Source: Escherichia coli (GTDB lineage: Bacteria > Pseudomonadota > Gammaproteobacteria > Enterobacterales > Enterobacteriaceae). Taken from it: 24,000 nt of DNA. The stretch lies in NCBI RefSeq assembly GCF_029855145.1, contig NZ_CP123231.1; one strand, given 5' to 3'. Positions 1-9,579 of the stretch are shown here, one piece after another. The position numbers and the translations under genes were made by a program. Each line of letters starts with the position of its first letter. The first letter of the stretch is position 1. Under the pieces are notes generated by a model that saw nothing but the letters and a program-made list of their open reading frames with translations, was not told the DNA's origin and made no database searches.

Positions 1-1314
1 TGCGGTCGCCTGCGTTCGACTCAGCCTAACCTCAGCGTGCGTTACCATGCGGGTATGAGTAACGATTTCCTCGACGCCTGTGTTCAGGTGATCCGCTGCG
101 GCTTCGGGATGCCGGCGTTCAACAACGACGAAATCGTGATCCCGGAATTTATTAAACTCGGTATTGAACCGCAGGACGCTTACGACTACGCAGCAATTGG
201 TTGTATCGAAACCGCCGTCGGTGGCAAATGGGGCTATCGCTGTACCGGCATGAGCTTTATCAACTTCGCCCGCGTGATGCTGGCGGCGCTGGAAGGTGGT
301 CGTGATGCCACCAGCGGCAAAGTGTTCCTGCCACAAGCAAAAGCGTTGTCAGCGGGTAACTTCAACAACTTCGATGAAGTAATGGACGCATGGGATACGC
401 AAATCCGTTACTACACGCGTAAATCAATCGAAATCGAATATGTCGTCGATACCATGCTGGAAGAGAACGTACACGATATTCTCTGCTCGGCGCTGGTCGA
501 TGACTGTATTGAGCGAGCGAAAAGTATCAAGCAAGGCGGCGCGAAATATGACTGGGTTTCTGGCCTGCAGGTCGGCATTGCTAACCTCGGCAACAGCCTG
601 GCGGCAGTGAAGAAACTGGTATTTGAACAGGGCGCGATTGGTCAGCAACAGCTGGCTGCCGCACTGGCGGATGACTTCGACGGTCTGACTCACGAGCAGC
701 TGCGTCAGCGGCTGATTAACGGTGCGCCGAAGTACGGCAACGACGATGATACTGTCGATACGCTGCTGGCTCGCGCTTATCAGACCTATATCGACGAACT
801 GAAGCAGTACCATAACCCGCGCTACGGTCGTGGTCCGATTGGCGGCAACTATTATGCGGGCACATCGTCTATCTCCGCTAACGTACCGTTTGGCGCGCAG
901 ACGATGGCAACGCCGGACGGACGTAAAGCACATACCCCGCTGGCAGAAGGCGCTAGTCCGGCCTCCGGTACTGACCATCTCGGCCCTACTGCGGTCATTG
1001 GCTCGGTGGGTAAACTGCCTACGGCCGCGATTCTCGGCGGCGTGCTGCTCAACCAGAAACTGAATCCAGCAACGCTGGAGAACGAATCTGACAAGCAGAA
1101 ACTGATGATCCTGCTGCGCACCTTCTTCGAGGTGCATAAAGGCTGGCATATTCAGTACAACATCGTTTCCCGCGAAACGCTGCTGGAAGCGAAAAAACAT
1201 CCGGATCAGTACCGCGATCTGGTAGTGCGTGTCGCGGGCTATTCCGCCTTCTTCACCGCGCTCTCTCCAGACGCTCAGGACGATATCATCGCCCGTACTG
1301 AACATATGCTGTAA
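1..1314 (+). CDS. ybiW: Glycyl-radical enzyme of the pyruvate formate-lyase family (YbiW/PflF), C-terminal 437 codons. The 5' end lies outside the window.
   Basis: Frame 1 is open from base 1 ([13 protein letters not shown] precedes the listed ORF start). The glycyl-radical fingerprint RVAGYSAFF lies near the C-terminus. I recognise the protein as E. coli YbiW. Confidence 0.93.
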   Translation, partial: CGRLRSTQPNLSVRYHAGMSNDFLDACVQVIRCGFGMPAFNNDEIVIPEFIKLGIEPQDAYDYAAIGCIETAVGGKWGYRCTGMSFINFARVMLAALEGGRDATSGKVFLPQAKALSAGNFNNFDEVMDAWDTQIRYYTRKSIEIEYVVDTMLEENVHDILCSALVDDCIERAKSIKQGGAKYDWVSGLQVGIANLGNSLAAVKKLVFEQGAIGQQQLAAALADDFDGLTHEQLRQRLINGAPKYGNDDDTVDTLLARAYQTYIDELKQYHNPRYGRGPIGGNYYAGTSSISANVPFGAQTMATPDGRKAHTPLAEGASPASGTDHLGPTAVIGSVGKLPTAAILGGVLLNQKLNPATLENESDKQKLMILLRTFFEVHKGWHIQYNIVSRETLLEAKKHPDQYRDLVVRVAGYSAFFTALSPDAQDDIIARTEHML

Positions 1315-1323
1315 TCTCCTCAG

Positions 1324-1344
1324 CCCGGCGGCGTCGTCGCCGGG
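1324..1344 (+). terminator. GC-rich stem-loop just after the ybiW stop (cccggcg / cgccggg, 7-nt loop), with no U-tract
   Basis: Perfect 7-bp inverted repeat read directly. The downstream sequence tcaaatcattc is not T-rich, so termination efficiency is doubtful. Confidence 0.3.
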
Positions 1345-1459
1345 TCAAATCATTCACATCATCAATTCCGCTCTCACTTTCATTCGAAATATAATTTGTG
1401 CTCTGCGTCACATTGTTATTACACTGTTACGGTTTCATTTTCGAGCCAGGAGCACACCT

Positions 1460-2275
1460 ATGAGCGTAAAAGTTATCGTCACAGACATGGACGGTACTTT
1501 TCTTAACGACGCCAAAACGTACAACCAACCACGTTTTATGGCGCAGTATCAGGAACTTAAAAAGCGCGGCATTGAGTTCGTTGTCGCCAGCGGTAATCAG
1601 TATTACCAGCTTATTTCGTTCTTTCCTGAGCTAAAGGATGAGATCTCTTTTGTCGCGGAAAACGGCGCACTGGTTTACGAACATGGCAAGCAGTTGTTCC
1701 ACGGCGAACTGACCCGACATGAATCGCGGATTGTTATTGGCGAGTTGCTAAAAGATAAGCAACTCAATTTTGTCGCCTGCGGTCTGCAAAGTGCATATGT
1801 CAGCGAAAATGCCCCCGAAGCATTCGTCGCACTGATGGCAAAACACTACCATCGCCTGAAACCTGTAAAAGATTATCAGGAGATTGACGACGTACTGTTC
1901 AAGTTTTCGCTCAACCTGCCGGATGAACAAATCCCGTTAGTGATCGACAAACTGCACATAGCGCTGGATGGCATTATGAAACCCGTCACCAGTGGTTTTG
2001 GCTTTATCGACTTGATTATTCCCGGTCTACATAAAGCAAACGGTATTTCGCGGTTACTGAAACGCTGGGATCTGTCACCGCAAAATGTGGTAGCGATTGG
2101 CGACAGCGGTAACGATGCGGAGATGCTGAAAATGGCGCGTTATTCCTTTGCGATGAGCAATGCTGCGGAAAACATTAAACAAATCGCCCGTTACGCTACC
2201 GATGATAATAATCATGAAGGCGCGCTGAATGTGATTCAGGCGGTGCTGGAAAATAAACCGCCGTTTAATCTTTGA
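1460..2275 (+). CDS. ybiV: HAD-superfamily (Cof-type) sugar phosphatase YbiV/SupH, 271 aa
   Basis: ATG at 1460 lies 7 nt after the aggag SD. The N-terminal HAD motif I is VTDMDGTF and the C-terminal motif is GDSGND. The ORF-track start at 1229 is an upstream in-frame extension that overlaps the ybiW 3' end. Confidence 0.93.
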   Translation: MSVKVIVTDMDGTFLNDAKTYNQPRFMAQYQELKKRGIEFVVASGNQYYQLISFFPELKDEISFVAENGALVYEHGKQLFHGELTRHESRIVIGELLKDKQLNFVACGLQSAYVSENAPEAFVALMAKHYHRLKPVKDYQEIDDVLFKFSLNLPDEQIPLVIDKLHIALDGIMKPVTSGFGFIDLIIPGLHKANGISRLLKRWDLSPQNVVAIGDSGNDAEMLKMARYSFAMSNAAENIKQIARYATDDNNHEGALNVIQAVLENKPPFNL

Positions 2276-2315
2276 TTATCGCCAATTCAGTTTATTGAGA
2301 AAGTGCATGTCATTA

Positions 2316-2415
2316 TGCCGGATACGGCGTAACCGCCTTATTTGGCATACAAAATCATGAAAATTCAATATATTGCGATACACTACCAGGCCTGATAAGC
2401 GTAGCGCACCAGGCA
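2316..2415. repeat. REP/BIME cluster: two inverted REP units (2316-2350 and 2383-2415) separated by an AT-rich linker
   Basis: tgccggatacggcgtaaccgccttatttggcatac and ctaccaggcctgataagcgtagcgcaccaggca both match the E. coli REP palindrome family. The linker ...aaaattcaatatattgc... resembles the linker seen in the BIME at 20688-20786. Confidence 0.75.
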
Positions 2416-2437
2416 ATCTTGCGTTTGTCATCAGTTT

Positions 2438-2466
2438 CAGTAGCCCTGACCATATCAGGGCTACTG
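2438..2466. terminator. Perfect 12-bp-stem hairpin 8 nt downstream of the ybiT stop
   Basis: cagtagccctga-ccata-tcagggctactg. The flanks are only weakly T/A-rich. Its position fits a terminator for the convergent ybiV/ybiT transcripts. Confidence 0.45.
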
Positions 2467-2474
2467 ATAATAAC

Positions 2475-4067
2475 TTACTCGATCCCTTTACTACGCAGGT
2501 AATCTTCGTAATTACCGCTAAAGTCGATCACGCGTTCCGGGGTGATTTCCAGAATACGGGTCGCCAGGGAGCTTACAAACTCACGGTCGTGAGAAACAAA
2601 GATCAGCGTGCCCTGATACAGTTCCAGCGCCATGTTCAGCGACTCGATGGATTCCATATCCAGGTGGTTGGTCGGTTCGTCCATGATCAGAATGTTCGGC
2701 TTCTGCATCATTAACTTACCAAACAGCATCCGCCCTTTCTCCCCACCGGAAAGCACTTTCGCTGGCTTTTTGATGTCGTCCTGGCTGAACAGTAAACGAC
2801 CGAGAATGCTGCGTACCGCCTGCTCGTCATCGCCTTCCTGCTTCCACTGGCTCATCCATTCGAACACGGTCAGATCATTTTCGAACTCATATTCATGGTC
2901 CTGGGCGTAGTAACCAATGCGCGCGTTCTCAGACCATTTTACGGTGCCGCTGTCCGGTTGCAGATCGCCCACCAGCGTTTTCAGCAGCGTTGATTTACCG
3001 ACGCCGTTGGTACCCAGTACAGCCAGTTTTTCACCCACTTCCAGCAGCAGGTTGAGATTTTTAAACAGTGGACCGTTATCAAACCCTTTAGTCAGACCTT
3101 CCACTTCCAGCGCGTTACGGAACAGTTTCTTATCCTGTTCAAAACGGATGAACGGGTTCTGACGGCTGGAGGCTTTCACCTCTTCCAGTTTGATTTTATC
3201 AATCTGGCGCGCGCGCGAAGTTGCCTGGCGAGATTTCGAGGCGTTGGCGCTAAAGCGGCTAACGAAAGATTGCAACTCAGCAATCTGCGCTTTCTTCTTG
3301 GCGTTATCAGCCAGCAGACGTTCACGCGCCTGAGTCGCCGCCGTCATGTACTCATCGTAGTTGCCCGGATAAACGCGCAGCTCGCCGTAATCCAGATCCG
3401 CCATGTGGGTACAAACCATGTTAAGGAAGTGACGGTCGTGCGAGATGATGATCATGGTGCTGTCACGCTCGTTCAGCACCTGTTCCAGCCAGCGAATGGT
3501 GTCGATGTCGAGGTTGTTGGTCGGTTCGTCGAGCAGGAGAATGTCCGGATCAGCAAACAGCGCCTGCGCCAGCAGCACACGCAGCTTCCAGCCAGGAGCA
3601 ACTTCACTCATCGGGCCGTAGTGCTGTTCCACTGGAATTCCCACGCCAAGCAACAGTTCACCAGCGCGAGCTTCCGCAGAGTAACCGTCCATTTCGCCGT
3701 ATTTCACTTCCAGATCGGCCACTTTATAGCCGTCTTCTTCACTCATTTCCGGCAAAGCATAGATGCGGTCACGTTCCTGCTTCACTTCCCACAACTCTTT
3801 ATGCCCCATGATCACCGTATCCAGCACAGTGAACTCTTCAAAGGCAAACTGATCCTGACGCAGCTTACCAATGCGCTCATTGGGATCGAGGGAAACGTTA
3901 CCCAACGTCGGCTCTAAGTCGCCGCCGAGGATCTTCATAAAGGTGGATTTACCACTACCGTTCGCGCCAATCAGGCCGTAACGGTTGCCGCCGCCGAATT
4001 TGACGGAAATGTTTTCAAACAACGGCTTACTGCCGAACTGCATGGTGACGTTACTGGAAACTAACAC
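2475..4067 (-). CDS. ybiT: ABC-F family ATPase YbiT (tandem ATP-binding cassettes, no membrane domain), 530 aa
   Basis: Two Walker A motifs (GANGSGKST and GTNGVGKST), two signature and Walker B sets ([11 protein letters not shown] and [11 protein letters not shown]), and a GTG start. I recognise it as E. coli YbiT. Confidence 0.93.
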
Positions 4068-4285
4068 AGGCGTATCCTGAAAAGAGATATGACAAACCGC
4101 GCATTATGCCATAAGTCTGAAAGAAGATCCTGCTCCTCGCTTAAGGTCTACACTCAAGCCAAAGGCAAAAAATGTGATTTCGTACACATCTGATTTCACT
4201 GTGAGCTGGAATGAACTTATAATGCGCTTCCAATACTCTAATATTCTCAACCCAATGGCCTGCCAGGCACAAAATCTCGCTTAAC

Positions 4286-5206
4286 ATGAATATGAAATTG
4301 AAAACATTATTCGCAGCGGCCTTCGCTGTTGTCGGCTTTTGCAGTACCGCCTCTGCGGTAACTTATCCTCTGCCAACCGACGGGAGTCGCCTGGTTGGTC
4401 AGAATCAGGTGATCACCATTCCTGAAGGTAACACTCAGCCGCTGGAGTATTTTGCCGCCGAGTACCAGATGGGACTTTCCAATATGATGGAAGCGAACCC
4501 GGGTGTGGATACCTTCCTGCCGAAAGGCGGTACTGTACTGAACATTCCGCAGCAGCTGATCCTGCCGGATACCGTTCATGAAGGCATCGTCATTAACAGT
4601 GCAGAGATGCGTCTGTATTACTATCCGAAAGGGACCAACACCGTTATCGTGCTGCCGATCGGCATTGGTCAGTTAGGCAAAGACACGCCTATCAACTGGA
4701 CCACCAAAGTTGAGCGTAAAAAAGCAGGCCCGACCTGGACGCCGACCGCTAAAATGCACGCAGAGTACCGCGCTGCGGGCGAACCGCTTCCGGCGGTCGT
4801 TCCGGCTGGTCCGGATAACCCGATGGGGCTGTATGCACTCTACATCGGTCGCCTGTACGCTATCCATGGCACCAACGCCAACTTCGGTATCGGCCTGCGT
4901 GTAAGTCATGGTTGTGTGCGTCTGCGTAACGAAGACATCAAATTCCTGTTCGAGAAAGTACCGGTCGGTACCCGCGTACAGTTTATTGATGAGCCGGTAA
5001 AAGCGACCACCGAGCCAGACGGCAGCCGTTATATTGAAGTCCATAACCCGCTGTCTACAACCGAAGCCCAGTTTGAAGGTCAGGAAATTGTGCCAATTAC
5101 CCTGACGAAGAGCGTGCAGACAGTGACCGGTCAGCCAGATGTTGACCAGGTTGTTCTGGATGAAGCGATCAAAAATCGTTCCGGGATGCCGGTTCGTCTG
5201 AATTAA
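4286..5206 (+). CDS. ldtB: Periplasmic L,D-transpeptidase LdtB (YbiS), 306 aa
   Basis: Signal peptide ending ASA-VTY. YkuD catalytic motif [20 protein letters not shown]. Recognised sequence. Confidence 0.93.
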
Positions 5207-5223
5207 TCTTCAAAACGTAAAGC

Positions 5224-5250
5224 AAAGGCGGACTCATAATCCGCCTTTTT
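5224..5250. terminator. Bidirectional intrinsic terminator between the convergent genes ldtB and ybiR
   Basis: aaaggcgga-ctcataa-tccgccttttt. The stem has an A-run on one side and a T-run on the other. Confidence 0.75.
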
Positions 5251-5263
5251 AATTTGACAGACC

Positions 5264-6382
5264 TTATCCCGCCGGGATCATAACCAACAAAACATATCCC
5301 ACCAGCGCCGCCCACAACAGCATCGGTATCGAATAAAGATGAAAACGCCACCAGATACGGCGATCGTTCGCCATCCGTAACGCAATCAAATTTGCCAGCG
5401 ATCCGGGTAATAAACCAAAGCCCCCCACGTTTACCGCCCATGCCAGTAATAAAGACGGTGGCACATAATTGAGCAGCAAAATGGTACTCGGCACGTTACT
5501 GATCACCTGCGATAAACCGATCGCCGTTAACCATAATCCGGGTTCGGATAAATGACTCACGTTACTTAACACCCCCTGCAAAACTGGCAGTTGGGTTAGT
5601 AAATGGACGTCGATAAACATCGCCATAAACACCAGCAGCAGCGTCCAGTCCACACTGAGCACCACACGACGCGCCAGCAGCGCAAAGCCCGCCGCCACAA
5701 TCACCAGTCCCCACAGCTCTTGTTTTAACTCCAGCGCCGTCAGAAAGACGATATACAGCCCCAGACAACTCCACACCAGCCGCGGTTTCCACTCCGGCGT
5801 TTGCACCCCCGTATGGTATTGCAGCGCCTTTCCAGGGAAACAACACCAGCACAACAGCAGGAGTGTCAGCATCATTGCGCCAGCCAGCGGTGCCATTTGG
5901 GCAATAAATCCGGCAAACGAAAGACCAGAACGTCCCCAGATAAGAATATTTTGCGGGTTGCCAATTGGCGTCAGTAGCGAACCAGCGTTGACTGCCAGCG
6001 CCTCAAAAATAATCAGCCGATTAACCGGAATCTCACACAGTCTTTTTAGCGTGATAGTCAGCGGAACAACTATAAACAGTGCGACATCGTTGGTCAGAAA
6101 GGTAGAAAGCAGCGCTGCCGCCAGTACCATAAACATCGCCAGCCGACGCTCCGTAGCAAAACGGCGCACCATTTTGCGCCCCAGCACATCAAAATAACCG
6201 CTTAACTCGACACCTTTGGTCAGCAGCATCAGGCCGCTTAAGGTGATGATGGTGTGCCAGTCGATAGCAGCAGGCCAGGATTTCGGTGCAAAGGGAACGA
6301 AAAAACTTAATCCGATGCCAACAAGAATTAATAACTGAAAAAAACGATCGCCTTGCAGCGTGCGTAAAAAAGGCAGGCTCAT
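5264..6382 (-). CDS. ybiR: Inner-membrane permease of the ArsB/NhaD (CitMHS-like) superfamily, YbiR, 372 aa, substrate unknown
   Basis: Highly hydrophobic polytopic protein. Its ATG overlaps the mntR stop (ATGA). Recognised as E. coli YbiR. Confidence 0.9.
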
Positions 6383-6846
6383 TTGGCACCGTGTTTCTGG
6401 GTAAACAAACGAAAGGCATCCAGCGTCTCTTCACTAACATGGTGCTCCATACCTTCCGCGTCGCGACGGGCGATTTCCGGACTGACGCCCAACACCAACA
6501 AGAAATTTTCGACTATCTGATGTCGCTCGCGGCTTTCCTGCGCCAGCTTCTCTCCTTCTGCCGTTAAAAACACGCCACGCCAGGGGATCATTTCAATCAG
6601 CCCCATGGTTGCCAGTCGCTTAAGCATTTTAGCCACCGTCGGTTGCGAAACCCCCAGACGAGCAGCCATGTCCACCTGACGAGCTTCCCCCACTTCCCTG
6701 ATCAAGTCAGAAATCAGCTCAACGTAATCATCAATCAGCTCGCGCCGATGCGCCTCTCTGACCTGGCGGAACCCTTCAACGTGCTCTTCCACGTTCACTA
6801 ACTGCGTCACTTTTTTTGCTGTTGGCGTACCTGCGCGACGACTCAT
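6379..6846 (-). CDS. mntR: Manganese-responsive transcriptional regulator MntR (DtxR family), 155 aa
   Basis: Winged-helix segment [13 protein letters not shown] followed by a DtxR-type metal-binding and dimerisation region. Recognised sequence. Confidence 0.93.
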
Positions 6847-6939
6847 TGTGCTTCCTCATTATGGTGACGCATACATAGCGTTCTCATTTCGTGCGCACAT
6901 TGTAAACCAGAGTTGCGAGGGTACAAAAAATTAACGTTT

Positions 6940-6984
6940 TAGCAATAGCTATATAATATAGCCTGTGCTATATCTGTATATAAT
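6940..6984 (+). promoter_or_regulatory. mntS/mntR divergent control region with MntR-box-like palindromes overlapping two TATAAT hexamers
   Basis: ATAGCTAT lies at 6945-6952. A perfect inverted repeat ATATAGC-ctgt-GCTATAT lies at 6956-6973. TATAAT occurs at 6952-6957 and 6979-6984. The ATAGC/GCTAT half-sites match the known MntR operator type. Confidence 0.6.
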
Positions 6985-7031
6985 GCAATCATCCCTCAAG
7001 GATCGATGGGATTAGCAAGTAAGGAGGTCTT

Positions 7032-7160
7032 ATGAATGAGTTCAAGAGGTGTATGCGCGTGTTTAGTCATTCTCCCTTTAAAGTACGGTTAATGCTGCTC
7101 TCTATGTTGTGCGATATGGTCAACAACAAACCGCAGCAGGATAAACCTTCCGATAAATAG
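7032..7160 (+). CDS. mntS: Small protein MntS (42 aa), lying within the former rybA sRNA locus
   Basis: ATG lies 6 nt after the aaggagg SD. The translation is MNEFKRCMRVFSHSPFKVRLMLLSMLCDMVNNKPQQDKPSDK, which I recognise as MntS. It is absent from the ORF track because of its size. Confidence 0.88.
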   Translation: MNEFKRCMRVFSHSPFKVRLMLLSMLCDMVNNKPQQDKPSDK

Positions 7161-7179
7161 CGGCGTCGCGGTACGCCGC
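7160..7179 (+). terminator. Stem-loop immediately after the mntS stop
   Basis: gcggcgt-cgcggt-acgccgc followed by ttcactcctgctttt. The T-tract is interrupted, so this is a tentative terminator. Confidence 0.4.
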
Positions 7180-7280
7180 TTCACTCCTGCTTTTATGCAG
7201 GCACAACGCGTTTTGGTCTGAAAAACCCCACTTTTTGTCGGATTTGCAATCCCCTTCGCAAAAGATTTGTTCGTCGGTAG

Positions 7281-7309
7281 TTGACCTGAACAGCAGCTCG
7301 CTCTATCTT
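7281..7309 (+). promoter_or_regulatory. Candidate sigma-70 promoter for opgE
   Basis: TTGACC, a 17-bp spacer, then TATCTT, about 120 nt upstream of the opgE ATG. This is a sequence match only. Confidence 0.3.
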
Positions 7310-7431
7310 CTTGCAGCCCTGCGTATATTGCGGCTCGCGGATGCGGACCCCTTTCCCCTCTTCACGCACTCTTGCAGGTATTGACCCTTGACGCCAGGGT
7401 AAGCACATGGCGTTTGTTACGATAGTGGCAT

Positions 7432-9015
7432 ATGAATTTAACCCTCAAAGAATCGCTTGTTACCCGTAGCCGGGTATTTAGCCCGTGGACTGCGTTCTAC
7501 TTTTTACAGTCGCTATTAATTAACCTCGGCTTAGGTTACCCCTTCAGTTTGCTCTACACCGCTGCGTTTACGGCTATTTTGCTTTTGCTATGGCGAACAT
7601 TGCCTCGCGTACAAAAAGTTCTGGTCGGTATCAGCTCGCTGGTGGCGGCTTGTTATTTCCCTTTTGCTCAGGCCTACGGCGCGCCTAACTTCAATACATT
7701 GCTGGCATTGCACTCCACCAATATGGAAGAGTCGACCGAAATCCTGACGATTTTTCCATGGTACAGCTACCTGGTCGGCATATTTATTTTTGCGCTCGGC
7801 GTAATAGCGATCAGGCGAAAAAAAGAGAGTGAAAAAGCGCGCTGGAATACCTTCGACAGCCTGTGCCTGGTATTCAGTGTAGCGACATTTTTTGTTGCTC
7901 CCGTGCAAAACCTGGCCTGGGGCGGCGTATTTAAACTGAAAGATACTGGCTATCCGGTATTTCGTTTTGCTAAGGATGTCATCGTCAATAATAACGAGGT
8001 GATTGAAGAGCAAGAACGGATGGCAAAACTTTCCGGAATGAAAGATACCTGGACGGTCACTGCCGTTAAGCCGAAGTATCAGACCTATGTGGTGGTGATC
8101 GGAGAAAGCGCGCGTCGCGATGCCCTCGGTGCCTTTGGCGGTCACTGGGACAATACCCCGTTTGCCAGCAGCGTTAACGGTTTGATATTTGCTGACTACA
8201 TTGCCGCCAGTGGCTCGACGCAGAAATCGCTTGGCTTAACGCTCAATCGCGTTGTCGATGGCAAACCACAGTTTCAGGATAACTTTGTCACCCTGGCAAA
8301 TCGCGCGGGCTTCCAGACCTGGTGGTTTTCCAACCAGGGTCAAATCGGCGAATACGATACCGCCATCGCCAGCATCGCCAAACGAGCAGATGAAGTGTAC
8401 TTCCTGAAAGAAGGTAATTTTGAAGCAGATAAAAACACGAAAGACGAAGCGTTACTGGATATGACCGCTCAAGTGCTGGCGCAAGAGCACTCGCAACCAC
8501 AGCTGATTGTTCTACATCTGATGGGCTCGCATCCGCAGGCCTGCGACCGGACACAAGGAAAATACGAAACCTTTGTGCAATCGAAAGAAACGTCGTGCTA
8601 TCTCTATACCATGACGCAAACAGACGATTTACTGCGCAAGCTGTACGATCAGTTACGCAACAGCGGCAGCAGCTTCTCGCTGGTTTACTTTTCTGACCAC
8701 GGTCTGGCCTTTAAAGAGCGCGGCAAAGACGTGCAATACCTTGCTCATGATGATAAGTATCAGCAAAATTTCCAGGTGCCTTTTATGGTCATTTCCAGCG
8801 ACGATAAAGCGCATCGGGTGATTAAAGCCCGCCGCTCTGCCAATGACTTCTTAGGCTTTTTCTCGCAGTGGACGGGAATTAAAGCGAAGGAAATAAATAT
8901 CAAATACCCGTTTATTTCTGAGAAGAAAGCCGGGCCGATATACATCACCAACTTCCAGTTACAGAAGGTGGATTACAACCATCTCGGAACCGATAATTTC
9001 GACCCGAAACCTTAA
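7432..9015 (+). CDS. opgE: Phosphoethanolamine transferase OpgE (YbiP), 527 aa
   Basis: N-terminal multi-TM region followed by a sulfatase/alkaline-phosphatase-like periplasmic domain (VVVIGESARRD, HLMGSHP). Recognised as YbiP. Confidence 0.92.
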   Translation: MNLTLKESLVTRSRVFSPWTAFYFLQSLLINLGLGYPFSLLYTAAFTAILLLLWRTLPRVQKVLVGISSLVAACYFPFAQAYGAPNFNTLLALHSTNMEESTEILTIFPWYSYLVGIFIFALGVIAIRRKKESEKARWNTFDSLCLVFSVATFFVAPVQNLAWGGVFKLKDTGYPVFRFAKDVIVNNNEVIEEQERMAKLSGMKDTWTVTAVKPKYQTYVVVIGESARRDALGAFGGHWDNTPFASSVNGLIFADYIAASGSTQKSLGLTLNRVVDGKPQFQDNFVTLANRAGFQTWWFSNQGQIGEYDTAIASIAKRADEVYFLKEGNFEADKNTKDEALLDMTAQVLAQEHSQPQLIVLHLMGSHPQACDRTQGKYETFVQSKETSCYLYTMTQTDDLLRKLYDQLRNSGSSFSLVYFSDHGLAFKERGKDVQYLAHDDKYQQNFQVPFMVISSDDKAHRVIKARRSANDFLGFFSQWTGIKAKEINIKYPFISEKKAGPIYITNFQLQKVDYNHLGTDNFDPKP

Positions 9016-9020
9016 AACAA

Positions 9021-9047
9021 AAAAATCCGCCCCGAGAGGCGGATTTT
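9021..9047. terminator. Bidirectional intrinsic terminator shared by the convergent genes opgE and ompX
   Basis: aaaaatccgcc-ccgaga-ggcggattttt, with an A-run and a T-run flanking a GC stem. Confidence 0.8.
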
Positions 9048-9063
9048 TATATCACCGAAGTGA

Positions 9064-9579
9064 TTAGAAACGGTAACCAACACCGGCAATCCAGGTGCCT
9101 ACGTCAACGCTACGAATACGGCTCTGCTCGTAAGAGAAGTCCAGAGCAACGTTTTCCATCGGGTTGAACTGCAGACCAGCACCGTAGGAGAAACCGTAGT
9201 CGCTGGTGTCGTGTTTGTAGGTCGGGTATTCAGTGGTCTGGAATTTACCATAACCCACACCCACTACACCGTAGATGCTTGCCCAGTCGTTAATGCGGTA
9301 AGCCGGACCAGCAGTGATGCCGTAGTACTGGTTTTTGTTGTAGTCACCAGAGCTTGCAGTACGGCTTTTCTCGGTGTAAGTGAAAGAACCGATCACACCC
9401 AGCGGGCTGTTGTCTTCTTCATAGCGGTATTTCAGGTTGAAACCGCCCATTTTGTTCATTTGGCCCTGAGCGTCGCTCTGTGCGTAACCGCCAGTTACAG
9501 TAGAAGTCGCAGCTACGGAAGTACCTGCGGTGAAAGCCAGAACTGCGGCCAGTGCTGAAAGACATGCAATTTTTTTCAT
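9064..9579 (-). CDS. ompX: Outer-membrane beta-barrel protein OmpX, 171 aa
   Basis: ATG at 9579 follows the gaggtgg SD. The track's GTG two codons upstream is a spurious start. Signal peptide ends AGTSVA-ATS and the C-terminus is ...GVGYRF. Recognised sequence. Confidence 0.95.
   Translation of the reverse strand: MKKIACLSALAAVLAFTAGTSVAATSTVTGGYAQSDAQGQMNKMGGFNLKYRYEEDNSPLGVIGSFTYTEKSRTASSGDYNKNQYYGITAGPAYRINDWASIYGVVGVGYGKFQTTEYPTYKHDTSDYGFSYGAGLQFNPMENVALDFSYEQSRIRSVDVGTWIAGVGYRF

Noticed and set aside
424-1305. 293-aa ORF on the minus strand, plus smaller ORFs at 411-593, 830-1063 and 852-1121.
   Set aside because: It lies entirely antisense or out of frame within ybiW. The translation is rich in Arg, Val and Gln and has low complexity, which is typical of shadow ORFs opposite a highly codon-biased gene. 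It has no SD.
2373-2714. 113-aa ORF that starts in the ybiV-ybiT spacer and could be mistaken for a ybiU remnant.
   Set aside because: Its start lies in the linker between the two REP units (at 2373), it then reads through the second REP unit, and most of its length is antisense to the 3' end of ybiT. It has no SD and no resemblance to a DUF1479 protein that I can recognise.
3270-3917. 215-aa ORF on the plus strand, plus ORFs at 2632-2910 and 2917-3162.
   Set aside because: These are antisense shadows of ybiT. The sequences are full of Arg, His, Val and Gln runs and have no start context.
7193-7408. 71-aa Arg/Lys-rich ORF on the minus strand in the mntS-opgE spacer.
   Set aside because: It has no SD upstream of its ATG (the context is ctatcgtaacaaacgccATG). 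Its composition looks random and basic. The region is better explained as the opgE promoter and leader plus the mntS 3' end.
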